NCBI RefSeq assembly: GCF_018977255.1
Contig: NW_024704742.1
Coordinates: 112,098,001 to 112,162,000, forward strand
DNA: 64,000 nt
Direction of reading: 5' to 3'
Source of the DNA: Callorhinchus milii
Lineage: Eukaryota
Shown here: positions 51,121 through 63,305 of the stretch, one piece after another
Numbering within the stretch: position 1 is the first letter of the stretch
Layout: every line of letters begins with the position of its first letter
Notes under the pieces: model-generated
What the model was told of the DNA's origin: nothing
Databases searched by the model: none
Seen by the model: the letters and a program-made list of their open reading frames with translations, nothing else
Made by a program: the position numbers and the translations under genes

Positions 51121-52569
51121 TATTTCAAATGACAGTGTATGGAGACAGCTATTAAGTATCTCCTTGCTATTAAATAACTGCTTTCGTAATAAAAGGGAAA
51201 GCATTCTTGTCTGTGCCAATGAAGTTTTGTGAAAAGTACTGGGATGGCCTGCAAAATACACAGTCAGGACACAATACCCAGTCACTACACTTCACAGTAA
51301 ATCCTGTGAAGTGTTTAGAGATGATCTCCTGACATAAAAGCCATTATATCAACAACAACTTGCATTTATATCACATCCTTCACTTTAGTTAATAGCATAC
51401 AGCACTTTATCAAATATCAAATACAAGGATTTTTTTGTTCTTATGTGGTGAGAAAGGTTTAATCCTCTGTACTCTGAGCATTCCTACCCTGTGAACCCAG
51501 GTCTAGAAATGTTTTAAACCATTGGAAGAAAGGCAATGGAACTTGTTAAGATCTTGTTAAAGTTCATTGTCGGAGAACAAATGCAGCACTTCACAGCAAA
51601 GGAGGCTCCTTGAAAGGTGATTTACACACTGGGGAATGGATTAGAATGATAAAGAGCTGTCATCAACTAATAAAATGGAGTAGTCGGCTCAATAGGCCAA
51701 ACTTCTCACCTACTCTTGTAGGTGTAATGTTTGTAGAATTTCAGATCTGGCATTAATGGGGATTATGAACATGAATAACCACAAGTTACAGGAAAGCATT
51801 AAATAGTCCCAAAGTTTTCTGACCATGAAAAGGTTATTACTAGGCATGTAATCATAAAGGAGGAAGAGATGGGTCGGTGTGTACATAAGGTATGGAGGCT
51901 CATGAGTCACACAGGCAAAACATCTACTCCAGCAGTTATGCTTTCATGTCTTGCACCAATTTCAGAAACAAGAATGATTTCAAAGCTTTCAACTGCAAAC
52001 TTTGAGGAGAGACTAGCAGACTTCAACTTTACTTTAATAAGAGGTTAAACGTTTCTGGTTGTTTAACCTATGAAATAAACAAGCTGTTTAATTTAAGACT
52101 GTGGAAATGGAGATGGAAGACATAGATGTAACATGAAGACATTTTAAGCAAGTCTTAAGCTTCGAAGGATTTTTTTTCCCATGGAGTTGTGTGAACTGAA
52201 ATCTGTTTGGATTATTTGAAGCACATTTGGCATTATAATGAGGAAATCTCCATTAGCACCCAACATCGCCAAATGTACTCCACCTTTCAGTACAATTGAC
52301 ATGATTCAAAATGGTTACTACAAGATACAGTAATCTTTGTTAATTTGATGAAGCCTGAGATTGGTGGTAGGTCTTTGGAAACCCAACTCGTTGATCCAAC
52401 CAGTTCTCAAAATTTTCAGCTCACATGCTGAAAATTTATATTGCTGTAATAAAATAATTCAGACATCAAAAACATAATCACCAACACATTGAAATAATGC
52501 ATAAAGACACAATTTAAAGTAGAAGTAAAACAATTTAAACCAGGAGTCTCCAACTGGCCAATCATGATA

Positions 52570-53165
52570 TATCAATGTTTTGGGTGAGGAGATAATTGGG
52601 CTTTACCATCCCTGCTTTTGAAAAGGCTACAAACATCACTATCCCAAATGCATCTATGAATAAATGGTCATTTAAGCAAGGTACCTAGGGGTAATTGCTC
52701 ATAGCATCCCCAGTGGAAAGAGCCAAATGTCTTAAGGAGAGAAGGAATAGATATTGGTGGCAGGTGATAAAGGAACATTTCAGTTTGCAGGCTCCCGCTA
52801 CCTATTTTAGAAAGTGGGATAAACCTTTTTTGTGAAAAAAAATGTTTTATTTACTCACAAACAACCTGACATACTAATCACCTGATCATCAGCAAGGAGG
52901 TACCCATGACATGTGATCCTGGGTGCTGAGTATCAACAGGCTACTTGACCACAGAAAATATTACAGCTGAGCCTTACCCTGTCTTCACCTACATCCACAC
53001 ATGCATTTCCAGCTGGGGGTGAAGAGGAGGAGGGCAAGATAAAAGTATCACTTCCTTAGCCTAGAAACGCTGAGACCATTTGTAGTAATCCCACCCTGTC
53101 TTTCTATACACCAGGGAATGATCCAGGGTCCTGTCTGATCTCTGAGACTAGTGGCTCATTCGGTG
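52570..53165. mobile_element. Two family B fragments (52570-52760 plus, 52895-53165 minus)
   Basis: GTGAGGA...AATGGTCATTTAAGCAAGGTACC on plus; CAGGCTACTTGACC...CCCTGTCTTCACC...CACACATGCATTTCCAGC on minus. Confidence 0.55.
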
Positions 53166-53599
53166 GCATTTATCATCAGATAATGCAGGTGATAAAGGTT
53201 GGCTTCAACTTTCAAAAAGTGATGACAAGTTTTCTGTAACAAAATTAATCAACATAAGGTTAGAATGTTTTCGAAAGTATCATAAATAATTATCACATAA
53301 TTTGCTTTGCCTCTGTTTTGAAATATATATCATTGACTGCAAATCATTTTTGCAAAGATTGCAGAACACAAAACATGTTGTTTTTGAAAGTTGAAACAAA
53401 GTCCAGTGACCAATAGGCAGAGTGTTGTCTTTGGATTAACATTAAGGATGTGTGAATGACAGGCAGCATACAGAGGGAATTAAAAATAACTTTACTTAGA
53501 AGAGCATATTTCACATTTGAATGTCAAGTATTTCCCAAATATAGTACCTCTATAGCTAATTCTTTTGGCTCACAATGAATTTTAAAAACTGGTCATTGT

Positions 53600-54200
53600 C
53601 ACTGCTTTATCACCATGGAAAGTACTAAGTTATATAGGCAGGACAGTCCAGGTTGAATTGTAGTCTATGCTGATGGTTTTTGTGATGGAGTTTCACCCCC
53701 TTCCCTAACTCCAGCGTCAAGGATACTCACATGAAACCATGTAAATCTTGCCCTCAAACCACCAAAAGACTCTGCAGGCACCATCCATTGAAAAACAACT
53801 TCATGATCAATGATCGATCCACCATATCAACAGTTATAATCAACAGCAGTTAAATCTGCACACTTGGTCTCAGCCAAAAGGCAGTATATGCTGAGTTACT
53901 TAATCTCATGCCAAGTTAGCACTTTGGGTACTCTGGATGACTTCAGTAACCTTGGACTGTCGGAATGGAATGAATAAATCAATCTCTGGTTCTACTCTTG
54001 ATGCCTCTTCAGTGACTCCAAGCTGAAAGTGCACATGATATATGATGAGGGCAGTATTAGCTCGACTGTAATACTCTCCACTGTCAAATAACTTGCCAAA
54101 TTCCCTGGCTTGGCTCACATTTAAAGAATGGCCACACATATATAAGACACCCATTCAAACATACTAGAGTAACAATTGGCTGCTTCAAGAGGGGAGAAAA
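53600..54200 (+). mobile_element. Family B element split by a U2-headed insertion
   Basis: GTCCAGGTTGAA...CTATGCTGA | insert | TATGCTGAGTTAC...AAGAATGGCCAC. Confidence 0.65.
53674..53886 (-). mobile_element. U2 snRNA-headed retroposed insertion
   Basis: 8-bp TSD TATGCTGA (53666-53673, 53887-53894). Minus strand starts with GCCTTTTGGCTGAGACCAAGTGT (21/23 to U2 nt 12-34 as recalled) and ends ...CATCACAAAAACCA. Confidence 0.75.
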
Positions 54201-54814
54201 TAGACAAAATATTTTCCAGCACTTTCCTCACTCTGATACAATACCACTTTTAGATCCCAAGGGGACTTGATCACATATAACAAATGAATATTGGTTATAC
54301 GTGTGTTATGGTATCAAATCCACTATTGCAAACTACTTTTGCTATGAATTTCCCACCAAATTCTTCTGGCAGTTGGTTTCCGTATTATGGAATGCTGTTA
54401 GAAAGCATATATTAAAACCCAGTCTTGGTCATGTTTATGATCAAATTACCAGAAACACCTAATGTTTGCGCAGATTCCTGGCTCAAATGCAAATTCCAGT
54501 GTCATTCTTCTTTGTCAGATGTCAAGATTTTGAATTATTGGATGAAGAATTGTTGTAATTTAGCAAAAACTTTGCATGTAATTTCAAACAGTTAATAAAA
54601 TGAGTACTGTAGTGCCCTTATTTGTTTCAAAATGAATAACAGTAGATAGATCTGTAAATGTTTTTGTAATATTCGAAAATTTTTGCAGGTATGATCACAT
54701 TTTAATTTTTTGTAATGAATTTTAAGGTATTTTTGTGGTTGAAAAATCACCACATTCTTTTCCACACTTGTCACAATTATGTATCTCAGTGTTATTTGCA
54801 CTCAGGCAACCAAG

Positions 54815-55050
54815 TGTCAGTCTGGCTCAGTTGTTGGCACTTTTGCCTCTGATTAGAAGATTGTGGGTTCAAGTCCCACATCAGGGACTCAAACCCCGGA
54901 TCACCAGGGTTAAAAGGAGCCTTGTGAAAGAATCCCTGTCCCCAGCTAAAGTACATGTTTTCTTGAACATATAACAGTCAAAACACTTCAAAGTAACTCA
55001 TTGTGTGATGTATATTATAACGTTTGATTCAACGTTAAATGCAAGTTTTT
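54815..55050 (+). mobile_element. DeuSINE-like head and tail with large internal deletion
   Basis: GGCTCAGTTGTTGGCACTTTTGCCTCTGATTAGAAGATTGTGGGTTCAAGTCCC head. Confidence 0.7.
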
Positions 55051-56081
55051 TTCCTATTTTTTACACAGAAACAGAATTTCTAATTTGCTCTTTATTAATA
55101 CTTTGTATTGTTCATGAAACCAAAAGATACAGGCAGAATTGGCCTTTCAAATATGTAACAACTTTTACTGGATTGTAGCCTCTTTGTTTTTTAACAAAGT
55201 ATTTTAAAACCCGAGTAAAATTGCCTTGTGTAATCAGATTTTGTTTTTCCTGCAGATGGAGAAAACAACAAATTCAAAATGATCTGCAACAAGAAGAGTG
55301 AGATGAAGAACAGTTCATAAGAAGCAAAGCCTGAATACCACATTCACTTTTGATTATTTGTTTGATATGTATTGATATAAGGAAACAGCAAAGGATGTTG
55401 TAAAGTTTACTATGTTTCATGACTCTCACCGACATTAAATTATCACTGGCCATAGTTCTGAAATACAGCAAACTTTACACCAATTGTTTTTATTTTGTGA
55501 GATTGCCTTCTTTTAATTCTTTTCTTAAATAGAAATACATTGAATAAGAAAATGATGAATGTAGAACATTTGTATTAAATGTTGCAATAATTGTTCAATA
55601 TTGGAAATATTTTTGTAATGACGCTCTCCATCACCACAATCATGCCTTCTTCTGGTCCATTCTATAGATATGATCACAATGTATCATTCCTATCTTAACT
55701 TGTTCAGAGGTTCCCTCGAATGAAATGGTAAAAGATTCCTCTTGACCTCCCTGCCAAAAACAGATGTACTTGAGCCCAAGAATGTGACCACCTGAGTGGC
55801 GTTCAAACTCAGACAATTACTTCAAAGATTAGTATTGTAGCATCATTACTATCAATCTATTCACCAGTGATTTTTTAAAATTATACATGAATAAATTCTC
55901 AATCATCATTTCTCTTTTGTTTCAAAGAGAAGTTGTTCACCTCTTTCTCATAAGTTGAAGGTGAGAATTGGTGTTTGGCCATAGATTGTTTTAAGTGATG
56001 TCAATGTAATATAAAAGGATAATAAAAGTGATCTGAAAGCAAAGCATTGTGTATTATGCATTATCTTATTGGTTTTCTTTA

Positions 56082-56450
56082 GTAATAATAATCCTTGCAT
56101 TTGATACAGCGCCTTATCAGATGGTCGCAAAGCGCTTCACTATAAAGTGGATTGACTGTGTATTTTGTGGGGAAATGTGGCACCCAATTTGCACACAGAA
56201 ATATCTCTCAAACAATCATGGAATGAGTGACCGATTTTAGTTGACGGGATTAACCCCAGAGAAACTTCATTCTTTTTTGGAATCTTAACACCCTCTGACC
56301 AGGTAGATGGGGTCACGGTTTAATGTCTCATCAGAAAGACGACACTGGCGACCAGACTGCACAATCCACCAACATTGGACTGGGGCATTATCCTAGACTA
56401 TGTGATTCCAACCTTCTGACTCAAAGATGATAGTGCGCCAGGCTGACACA
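56082..56450 (-). mobile_element. DeuSINE-like element
   Basis: Tail TAATAATCCTTGCATTTG, TTTAATGTCTCATC Deu block, ACCTTCTGACTCA head. Confidence 0.8.
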
Positions 56451-57139
56451 CAGAAATAGAAATGAAATAGATAAACCACCTGATCTCATTGAGGTTGGAG
56501 ATAATCTCTGCTCCATTCTACATGTTTACAGTATGTGGGTAATTTGGCTAGATTTCTTTATTGATAGTGGTATCATTCATACATGGTATCATAGTTAATT
56601 GCTATAAACTTACAGATAATGCTGGAGTATTTGAACCTTTGTTCATGCCAGCAGGTCATGGACATGATTTTGTTGAGCTTTCACAAGACAAATAATGTAT
56701 AACCCATCATATCACTGAAGTAATAGTCTATCTTCCTGTGCTTTTCCCGTGCTTTGTTCTGAGTTACCCACACAATGTAACAATTAGTAACAATTAGTAA
56801 GCACCTTTACACAAAAGTGTAATTAGGGAGTTATTACAGTACAATTTTCTCTGTCAAGCATTTGTCAGAAAAAGATTTTCCAAAGGTCAACACATACCTT
56901 TAGATCTTGCGTAGAGGTGCTCGCATAGGCAAACACAATACCTTCTCCTTGTTTGAAAGGGGCTGTGCTGCTGAATCACTTGAGAGCTTTGCCAGCAGCT
57001 CACCACTTTATTATTTGTCTTTTTTTAACTAGAATTGATATTTCATATGTTCTTTCACCATTGTTCAATGTTGCCTAAGAACTGTTCTCAGGGGATCAGT
57101 CATAACAGCTTCTCCTCTTGATCTCAACAGAGCCTGAAA

Positions 57140-57436
57140 CTCCCCAATCCACTACCTGCTGCCTCCAAATAATTGGCTCCAGCCTCCTGCTTGTCCCTTG
57201 TGTCTTCCATTCCACCATCGGCAGCCACACTTTCAGCCACTAAGCCCTGAAACTATCCCTCTACCTTGCCCCATCCTTCCCCATCTTCAGGTCTTGCATG
57301 AAGACCTTCCTTTTCGACTGTGCTTATGTTCATCATCCCCCTCCCCCTGGCTTGAGGATGTGCTCCACCACGGTCAAGCACTCTGGGACATTGTCCCGTA
57401 TTAGAGGCGCTATATAAATGTAAGCTATTGTTGTTG
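57140..57436 (+). mobile_element. L2 3' fragment
   Basis: CCACCATCGGCAGCC...GGCGCTATATAAATGTAAGCTATTGTTGTT. Confidence 0.8.
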
Positions 57437-58090
57437 AAACCAAATTATGGTTGATATGCTGCAACCCCATCTGATACCAGCTAACTCAGCACGGGCCAGA
57501 TATCAAAGCTTCCTCGTCTGTCCAGCTCAGTCTTACCACAAGCCAAACCTTCACTAAGTGACTCATGTGAGGACCTTTGGGAAAAATACTTTTAAAATAA
57601 GGCGCTCGCAATATCCAAAATGTACAGTGGGAGCTGGAAAATGGAAGAATAATCCTTATATTTTTGGTAAGGTAAAGCATAAATATTGAGATTGACAAGA
57701 GGTTAGAAGAAATAAACAATAAAAAAGGAAGGAATTTAGAAGACCAGAAAATCATGTCTTCAATATGGAAGTCCCAGTTTACAAGTACTATTCCTCTCTA
57801 TTTCTCATACCTCCACCCTTCCCACCACCATCATAAACCTAATTTCTTCTCGATGATATCAGCATTCATCAATTTAACTACTTCGCTGAGCAAATTGATT
57901 CACATATTTACTAATTCCAAGACCACCATCCATATCCCTGCCAACTTCACTCCTTCCTGCATTCCATACATGAGCCCCTCCAATCTGGCTTCTGTCCAGC
58001 ACACAGCACCAAGACTGGTCAAATCACAAATGACATTCTCTCCATCTGCGACCAGGGTTTCCTCTGCCAATTATCAACATTGCACAACAT

Positions 58091-58394
58091 TGTGGAGTCC
58101 TGTAGCTCAGTGGTTAGAGCACTCGCTTTGCGAGCGAGAGACCTGAGTTCAATTCCAGGCAGGGCAAAACCTTGGGCAAGTTTCCTTACTCCACACACCT
58201 AATAATAATCCCTCCAAAAACAAAAACAACAATAAATTGGTAATTTTCAAACTACGACTGTTTGTGGGACATTGCTGTGCGCAATTGGCTGCCGCGTTCG
58301 CCCACAAATATACAGTCAATTCACTTTACAGTATATTCTGTGAAGCGCTTTGGGACGTCCTCCCGACGTGAAAAGCGCTATATCAAATGCAAGG

Positions 58395-58492
<98 letters not shown>
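58091..58492 (+). mobile_element. Short-subfamily SINE with expanded (TTA)~32 tail
   Basis: Full head; perfect triplet tail at 58395-58492. Confidence 0.95.
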
Positions 58493-58935
58493 CCACACCA
58501 GCCTTAATTCACAGTGACAACAAACCATTTAGCCCAAGCGTACAATTCCCCACAAGATTCATCACTAATAAACAGAAAATATTTCAAAATTATAGGAGGA
58601 TCAAGGGGACAGAGAGATACTTGACACATCTTTAACCATCTCCAATTATAGCTATATTATTAGGCACTCAATACTGTGGAACTCCTTATTTCCATTAGCC
58701 TTCCCTTCCTCCAACAATCTACAAGCCCAAAACCAAGCTTGGCATCAATCTGGCTTCTGTGCTGCCCACAGTACTGAGACTGCCATGGGCATTCTCGCCA
58801 TCTTTGACCAGGACTCTGTCTGTCTCCTTATCCTTTTTGGCTTATCTGCCAACTTCAACACTATCAACCATTCTATCCTTCTCCATTGCCTTTCCTCTCA
58901 GCTCCACTTCACAGTTTTGTCCTTCCCTGGTTTAT

Positions 58936-59256
58936 TGTGGAGTCCTGTAGCTCAGTGGTTAGAGCACTCGCTTTGCAAGCGAGAGACCTGAGTTCAATTC
59001 CAGTCAGGGCGAAACCTTGGGCAAGTTTCCTTACTCCAGACGCCTAACAATAATCCCTCCAAAAACAAAAACAATAATAAAGTGGTCATTTTCAAACTAC
59101 GGCTGGTTGTGGGACATTGCTGTGCGCAATTGGCTGCCGCGTTGGCCCACAAATATACAGTCAATTCACTTTACAGTGTGTTCTGTGAAGCACTTTGGGA
59201 TGTTCTCCCGACGTGAAAAGCGCTATATCAAATGCAAGGATTATTGTTATTATTAT
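58936..59256 (+). mobile_element. Short-subfamily SINE, full length
   Basis: Intact CTCGC-TTTGCAA-GCGAG anticodon arm (TGC, Ala), A and B boxes, tail. Confidence 0.95.
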
Positions 59257-60328
59257 AATTCTTGCCTATCCCAACAACTCCACTTTGTACTTGCCTACAG
59301 GTTCTCCTGCCCTACACCATCACATGTGACGTTCCACGGGGCTCTTTCCTTGGACCTCTCCTCTTTAATATCTACATGCTCCTGCTCGGTGATGCCATCC
59401 GCAAGTAGGAGATTAACGTTCATATGTATTCGAATGACAGCCAACCTTATCCCTCTGCCTCCATTCTTGATTCAAGGACCATTGCAGTTCTGATTGATTG
59501 CCTGATTTCCATCAATCTACATGAATGTACACTCCACCTCATGAAGCCAGAGCAGAACTTTGGTGTCTTGTTCTACTCTCAAACCCACATCCATGCCCTG
59601 ATCCATTCAGCTCCTCCCCATCCTGCCCCACCACCACACCCCCCACAACATTGCCTGTCTCCACCACTACCTCTCCCCTCAAGCTGCCGAGACACTTTTC
59701 ATACTTTCATCACTTCTAGGCTTGACTATGCCAACCTACTCTCTCTGGACCTCTGCGACCTTCTTAAACCCTACCAACCCACCCGCTCCCACTGTTCGGC
59801 AGTCACTGGCCTGCTCCACAGCCCCATCCCTACCCACCCCACCATCGAAGGGCAGGTTTTCAGCCTTTATGTCCCCACTCTCTGGAACTCCTTCGTGGAA
59901 TCTCTTCACCTCATCCCTTCCCTTGTCTCCTTCAAGGTTCATTTCAAGACTTTCCTCTTTGACCACACCTTCAGTCATCTTCCCCCACCCTTGGCCTCCA
60001 CCCCTCTCAAATCCAACCCCCAGCTTGGCTGCAAATTTTGATTGTCCAGGGCCTTGGAATGTCACTCCGACATGAAAGGTGCTCTATATATGCAATTGTT
60101 AGTGTTGAAATTACCCTTCACAACTCTAAACCTTTGTCTCCTTGCACTACTCTCTTGATACATCCTAAAGTACAGATCTGGGTTTACTACCTCAATCCCA
60201 TTTTATTTTATAGTGATAAGGACCAGACAGCCTCACCAGCTTTTCTGCTCCTTAGTCCAGGCATGACAAGACCAATTGCAGCACCCCTTCTCAGCTCAGA
60301 TAAATAATAATAATAATTACAGAGTTGG

Positions 60329-60722
60329 TAATAATAATAATCCTTGCATTTGATATAGCGCCTTATCACATCATTAAAATGTCTCAAAGTGCTTCACAAA
60401 ATATACTGTGAAGTGAATTGACTGTATATATTTGGTGGGCGAAATGTGGCAGTCAATTGGGCATAGCAGTGTCCCACAAACAGTCATGGATTGAGTGAAA
60501 AATTATTATTATATTTATTTAATTAGTTAGTTTTGAAGGGATTATTACCTCCAGAAAACAATCCGTCAATTAATTAAGAACTGGGTTCCTACTTACTGCT
60601 AGATAAACAGAGACATGTGGAGTAAGGAAACCCTCCTAAGGCTTTGCCTCGCACAGGAATCAAACCAAGGTCCTCATGCTTGCGAGATGAATGCTCAAAC
60701 CAATACGCTACAGGACTCCACA
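60329..60722 (-). mobile_element. SINE, long subfamily, full length
   Basis: ACTGGGTTCCTACTTACTGCTAGATAAACAGAG block; ends CAGGACTCCACA. Confidence 0.92.
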
Positions 60723-61575
60723 AAGATCTGAACCTGGAACTTCCTTACATTGTTTGCCTCATTGCTATACCACACCAATAATAAATAACCACCTTCCAAC
60801 TTGCAGCAACTCAGTCATGATGGTAGGTTGAAAGGAAGGTCATTTAGAGGGGAATGCATGAGAATGCAATGAAATAAATGGCAGAACTGTGGTGGCAAGT
60901 GACTGGAAAGTACTGCTGCATAGTAACACTGAGGCAAAGAAAATGATCTCAGTAAAGTAATAAATCACCACGAATAAAGCTTCCCTTCAGACAATACACA
61001 TGAGATAATACATTTACAGGTGTGTATTCATTGTATTGTCATATAATAAGAGTCTTGTGAAAAATTGCTACTATTCCAAAATGCTGTTTGAAAGAGTCAA
61101 CCATTTTAATTTCCTCTCTGCCTTCTATTGATATTTTTTTACTCTGTTACAATATAAGACAAAGCCATGATCTGCGGAGCAGACATCGAGATTCACTTTA
61201 GAGCGGTTGTTATAATTGTAGTATTTCAATTATATATCTAGGGGTTATTTTTTTGGGTGAGGGGGACATTGTGTCTAGTTAAAACAGCACATTTAATGCT
61301 GAATCAGTAGTAAAAATACTACAAGTCAGGCTTAAACCATGCAGTTTAGCGATTTGCTCAGGACTCTGGTTGAGAAACCACCTCAACACATTGATTTAGA
61401 GTGCTGCAGAATAAAGGCAGACAACGTGAATTAAGTCGGGCTCCACTTAGAAATGTCTCTTGAGCTAGATAGTCCTAGAAATTTTAATGAGCCATTTATT
61501 AATATATGACCAGTTTTTAAAAAAATAAAATTAAATAGCTAACACCTGTTAATAGAGCAATGTCCACATGCTTAC

Positions 61576-61601
61576 CTGCGCATGCAGAGCTTTCCAAAGC
61601 C
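61576..61601 (-). CDS. Candidate 26-nt micro-exon of an unidentified gene
   Basis: TTTCTATTTCCAATCTTTCTTGCCCAG | GGCTTTGGAAAGCTCTGCATGCGCAG | GTAAGC. No stop in any frame. Confidence 0.45.
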
Positions 61602-62656
61602 CTGGGCAAGAAAGATTGGAAATAGAAATCTGCAGTCATCTTTGAATTGCTTATTAATATATGGTATGCACTGATAGACATTGCTACTAGCTGTATAAAA
61701 CACCAAGGTAGAGGAACAGGGTTGTTTTTCCCCTTATATCCAGATGTTCTACTGGTCCCAAAACATAGTAAAAAAAAGACTTATTGATACATTCAAAACC
61801 TTATCAAATTAATTTTACGCCCACAATTTAGACAAGTAGTTCATGCTATCATAGTCAATATGTAGAGAGTAAATTAGAGATTTTTTTTGCAGTCCTCCTT
61901 GCTTCATCACCTGTTCCACAGCCCTTTCCCCAGTGTTTACTGTCAACTCACTTTTCTGTTGCTTATCCATAAATGATCAGACGTTTTGCTACCTCCATGT
62001 TTCTCACTGTTTTTTCAACTATTCTTAAGTGACATGTAAAGCAGAAATGTGTTAAGTTGCAGGCTGGATAATTGTTATTTTGTATTGGATATGATGTCTA
62101 CATTGTAAGAAAACAGACAGTACCAGTTGCTGTGTTAAAATGTGCACTCACAGTACTGAGTCACTGTAATTCTTCCTGCAGCTTACATACAGCTATCAGT
62201 CCTACTTTTATTGTAACAAGTAAACATTCCAGCGTATTTAAAAAAGAATATTCAGTGAATATTTTATAAAATGTTCATGTCCATCTGTATCTCAGACGGC
62301 AATCATTACAAAGATAGAGTGGGTACAGCAATGGCCCCTTGGGATCCATCTTTACATAGGTATCAAGACCTGCACAGTGGACAGCATCTGTCACATCATC
62401 ATTAGGTAGCTGTCAGCCTAGCAACAATCCACACAACACAGGTTTTACTTGTGACACTCTCATTTATGAACCTTAACACTCAGGCAGCAATAATTAGAGT
62501 TATCACAGAACGGAGAGCCTACAACAGACTTCTCGTTCAGTGCAGATCCTGGTTATTCTCCTAAGGCGACAATGCTGCTTCTGGTGCACACAGGCTACAT
62601 GTGCACATACCAGGATGATGGTTTGAGCAGCACCAGCAATGATCCACAGCACTCAC

Positions 62657-62671
62657 GCTTTGGAACCTTTG
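62657..62671 (-). CDS. Candidate 15-nt micro-exon of an unidentified gene
   Basis: CTGAT branch-like site, TTTATTTCCTCTTCTGGTTTTCTTGAACTTATCACAG | CAAAGGTTCCAAAGC | GTGAGT. Confidence 0.42.
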
Positions 62672-62934
62672 CTGTGATAAGTTCAAGAAAACCAGAAGAG
62701 GAAATAAACATCAGTTGTGCTTAAATGTTACTTATCTGACAAAGAAACAAGAAATATTGTGATTCTTTGACATCAAAACAGGTTGCATCCAGAGGTATTT
62801 TTCTAAAACAAATCTCACTTTTTCCACTTTCCTTTTATGAAGACACAGACATACGTTGAGGTACATTGACATGAGCATTAGTTGCCCTAAGCTACTTTGC
62901 CAACTTGTCTATTTTTCATTCATGACCCTAGACA

Positions 62935-63165
62935 ATGATCACTGGTGATGAAGCCACAGGGGTATCCTAGATTAGCCTGTCCCTGTCCTCAGACAACAAC
63001 CACACATGTACATTCCAACAAGAGGTCACTGGATAGATAAGGAATAGGCAACCCGACTGATTTTTCCACTCAGGTTCACTAAGATTAATTGTAATTCTCC
63101 CGCTGCCAAAAGAGCTAACATAGGGACTCTCCTAGTCCCTGTGGCTTATTGGTCACACTGTGTAG
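62935..63165 (-). mobile_element. Family B fragment
   Basis: CCTGTCCTCA...CACACATGTACATTCCA...GGTCACTGGATAG...CTGATTTTTCC. Confidence 0.55.
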
Positions 63166-63169
63166 TGTC

Positions 63170-63305
63170 TATAATAATAATAATCCTTAAATTTTAAGTA
63201 GCACCTTGCATATCAGAAGGCTGTCTCAAAGCACTTCACATGATTTATTGTAGAGTGTATTGATTGAGTATTTTCTTGGCTGAGTCTATACCAATCTGCA
63301 ACACA
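63170..63305 (-). mobile_element. SINE 3' fragment (decayed)
   Basis: ATAATAATAATCCTT...TCTCAAAGCACTTCACA. Confidence 0.7.

Larger units (their letters stand above)
57880..60105 (+). mobile_element. Decayed L2 ORF2 segments (two partial copies) with two SINE insertions
   Basis: MYSNDSQPY (YADD region), HTFITSRLDYAN, GQVFSLYVPTLWNS...KTFLFDH. Confidence 0.85.

Noticed and set aside
55256..55320. Plus-strand acceptor TTGTTTTTCCTGCAG followed by ATG
   Set aside because: Frames close quickly and no donor or partner exon was found.
58262..58635. Poly-Tyr/Ile/Leu ORFs and recurring MWDIAVRNWLPR peptides
   Set aside because: Translations of the SINE body and its (TTA)n tail.
62657..62735. Longer 79-nt exon using the upstream TTTCTTGTTTCTTTGTCAG acceptor
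   Set aside because: Stops in all three frames; it could only be a non-coding or poison variant.
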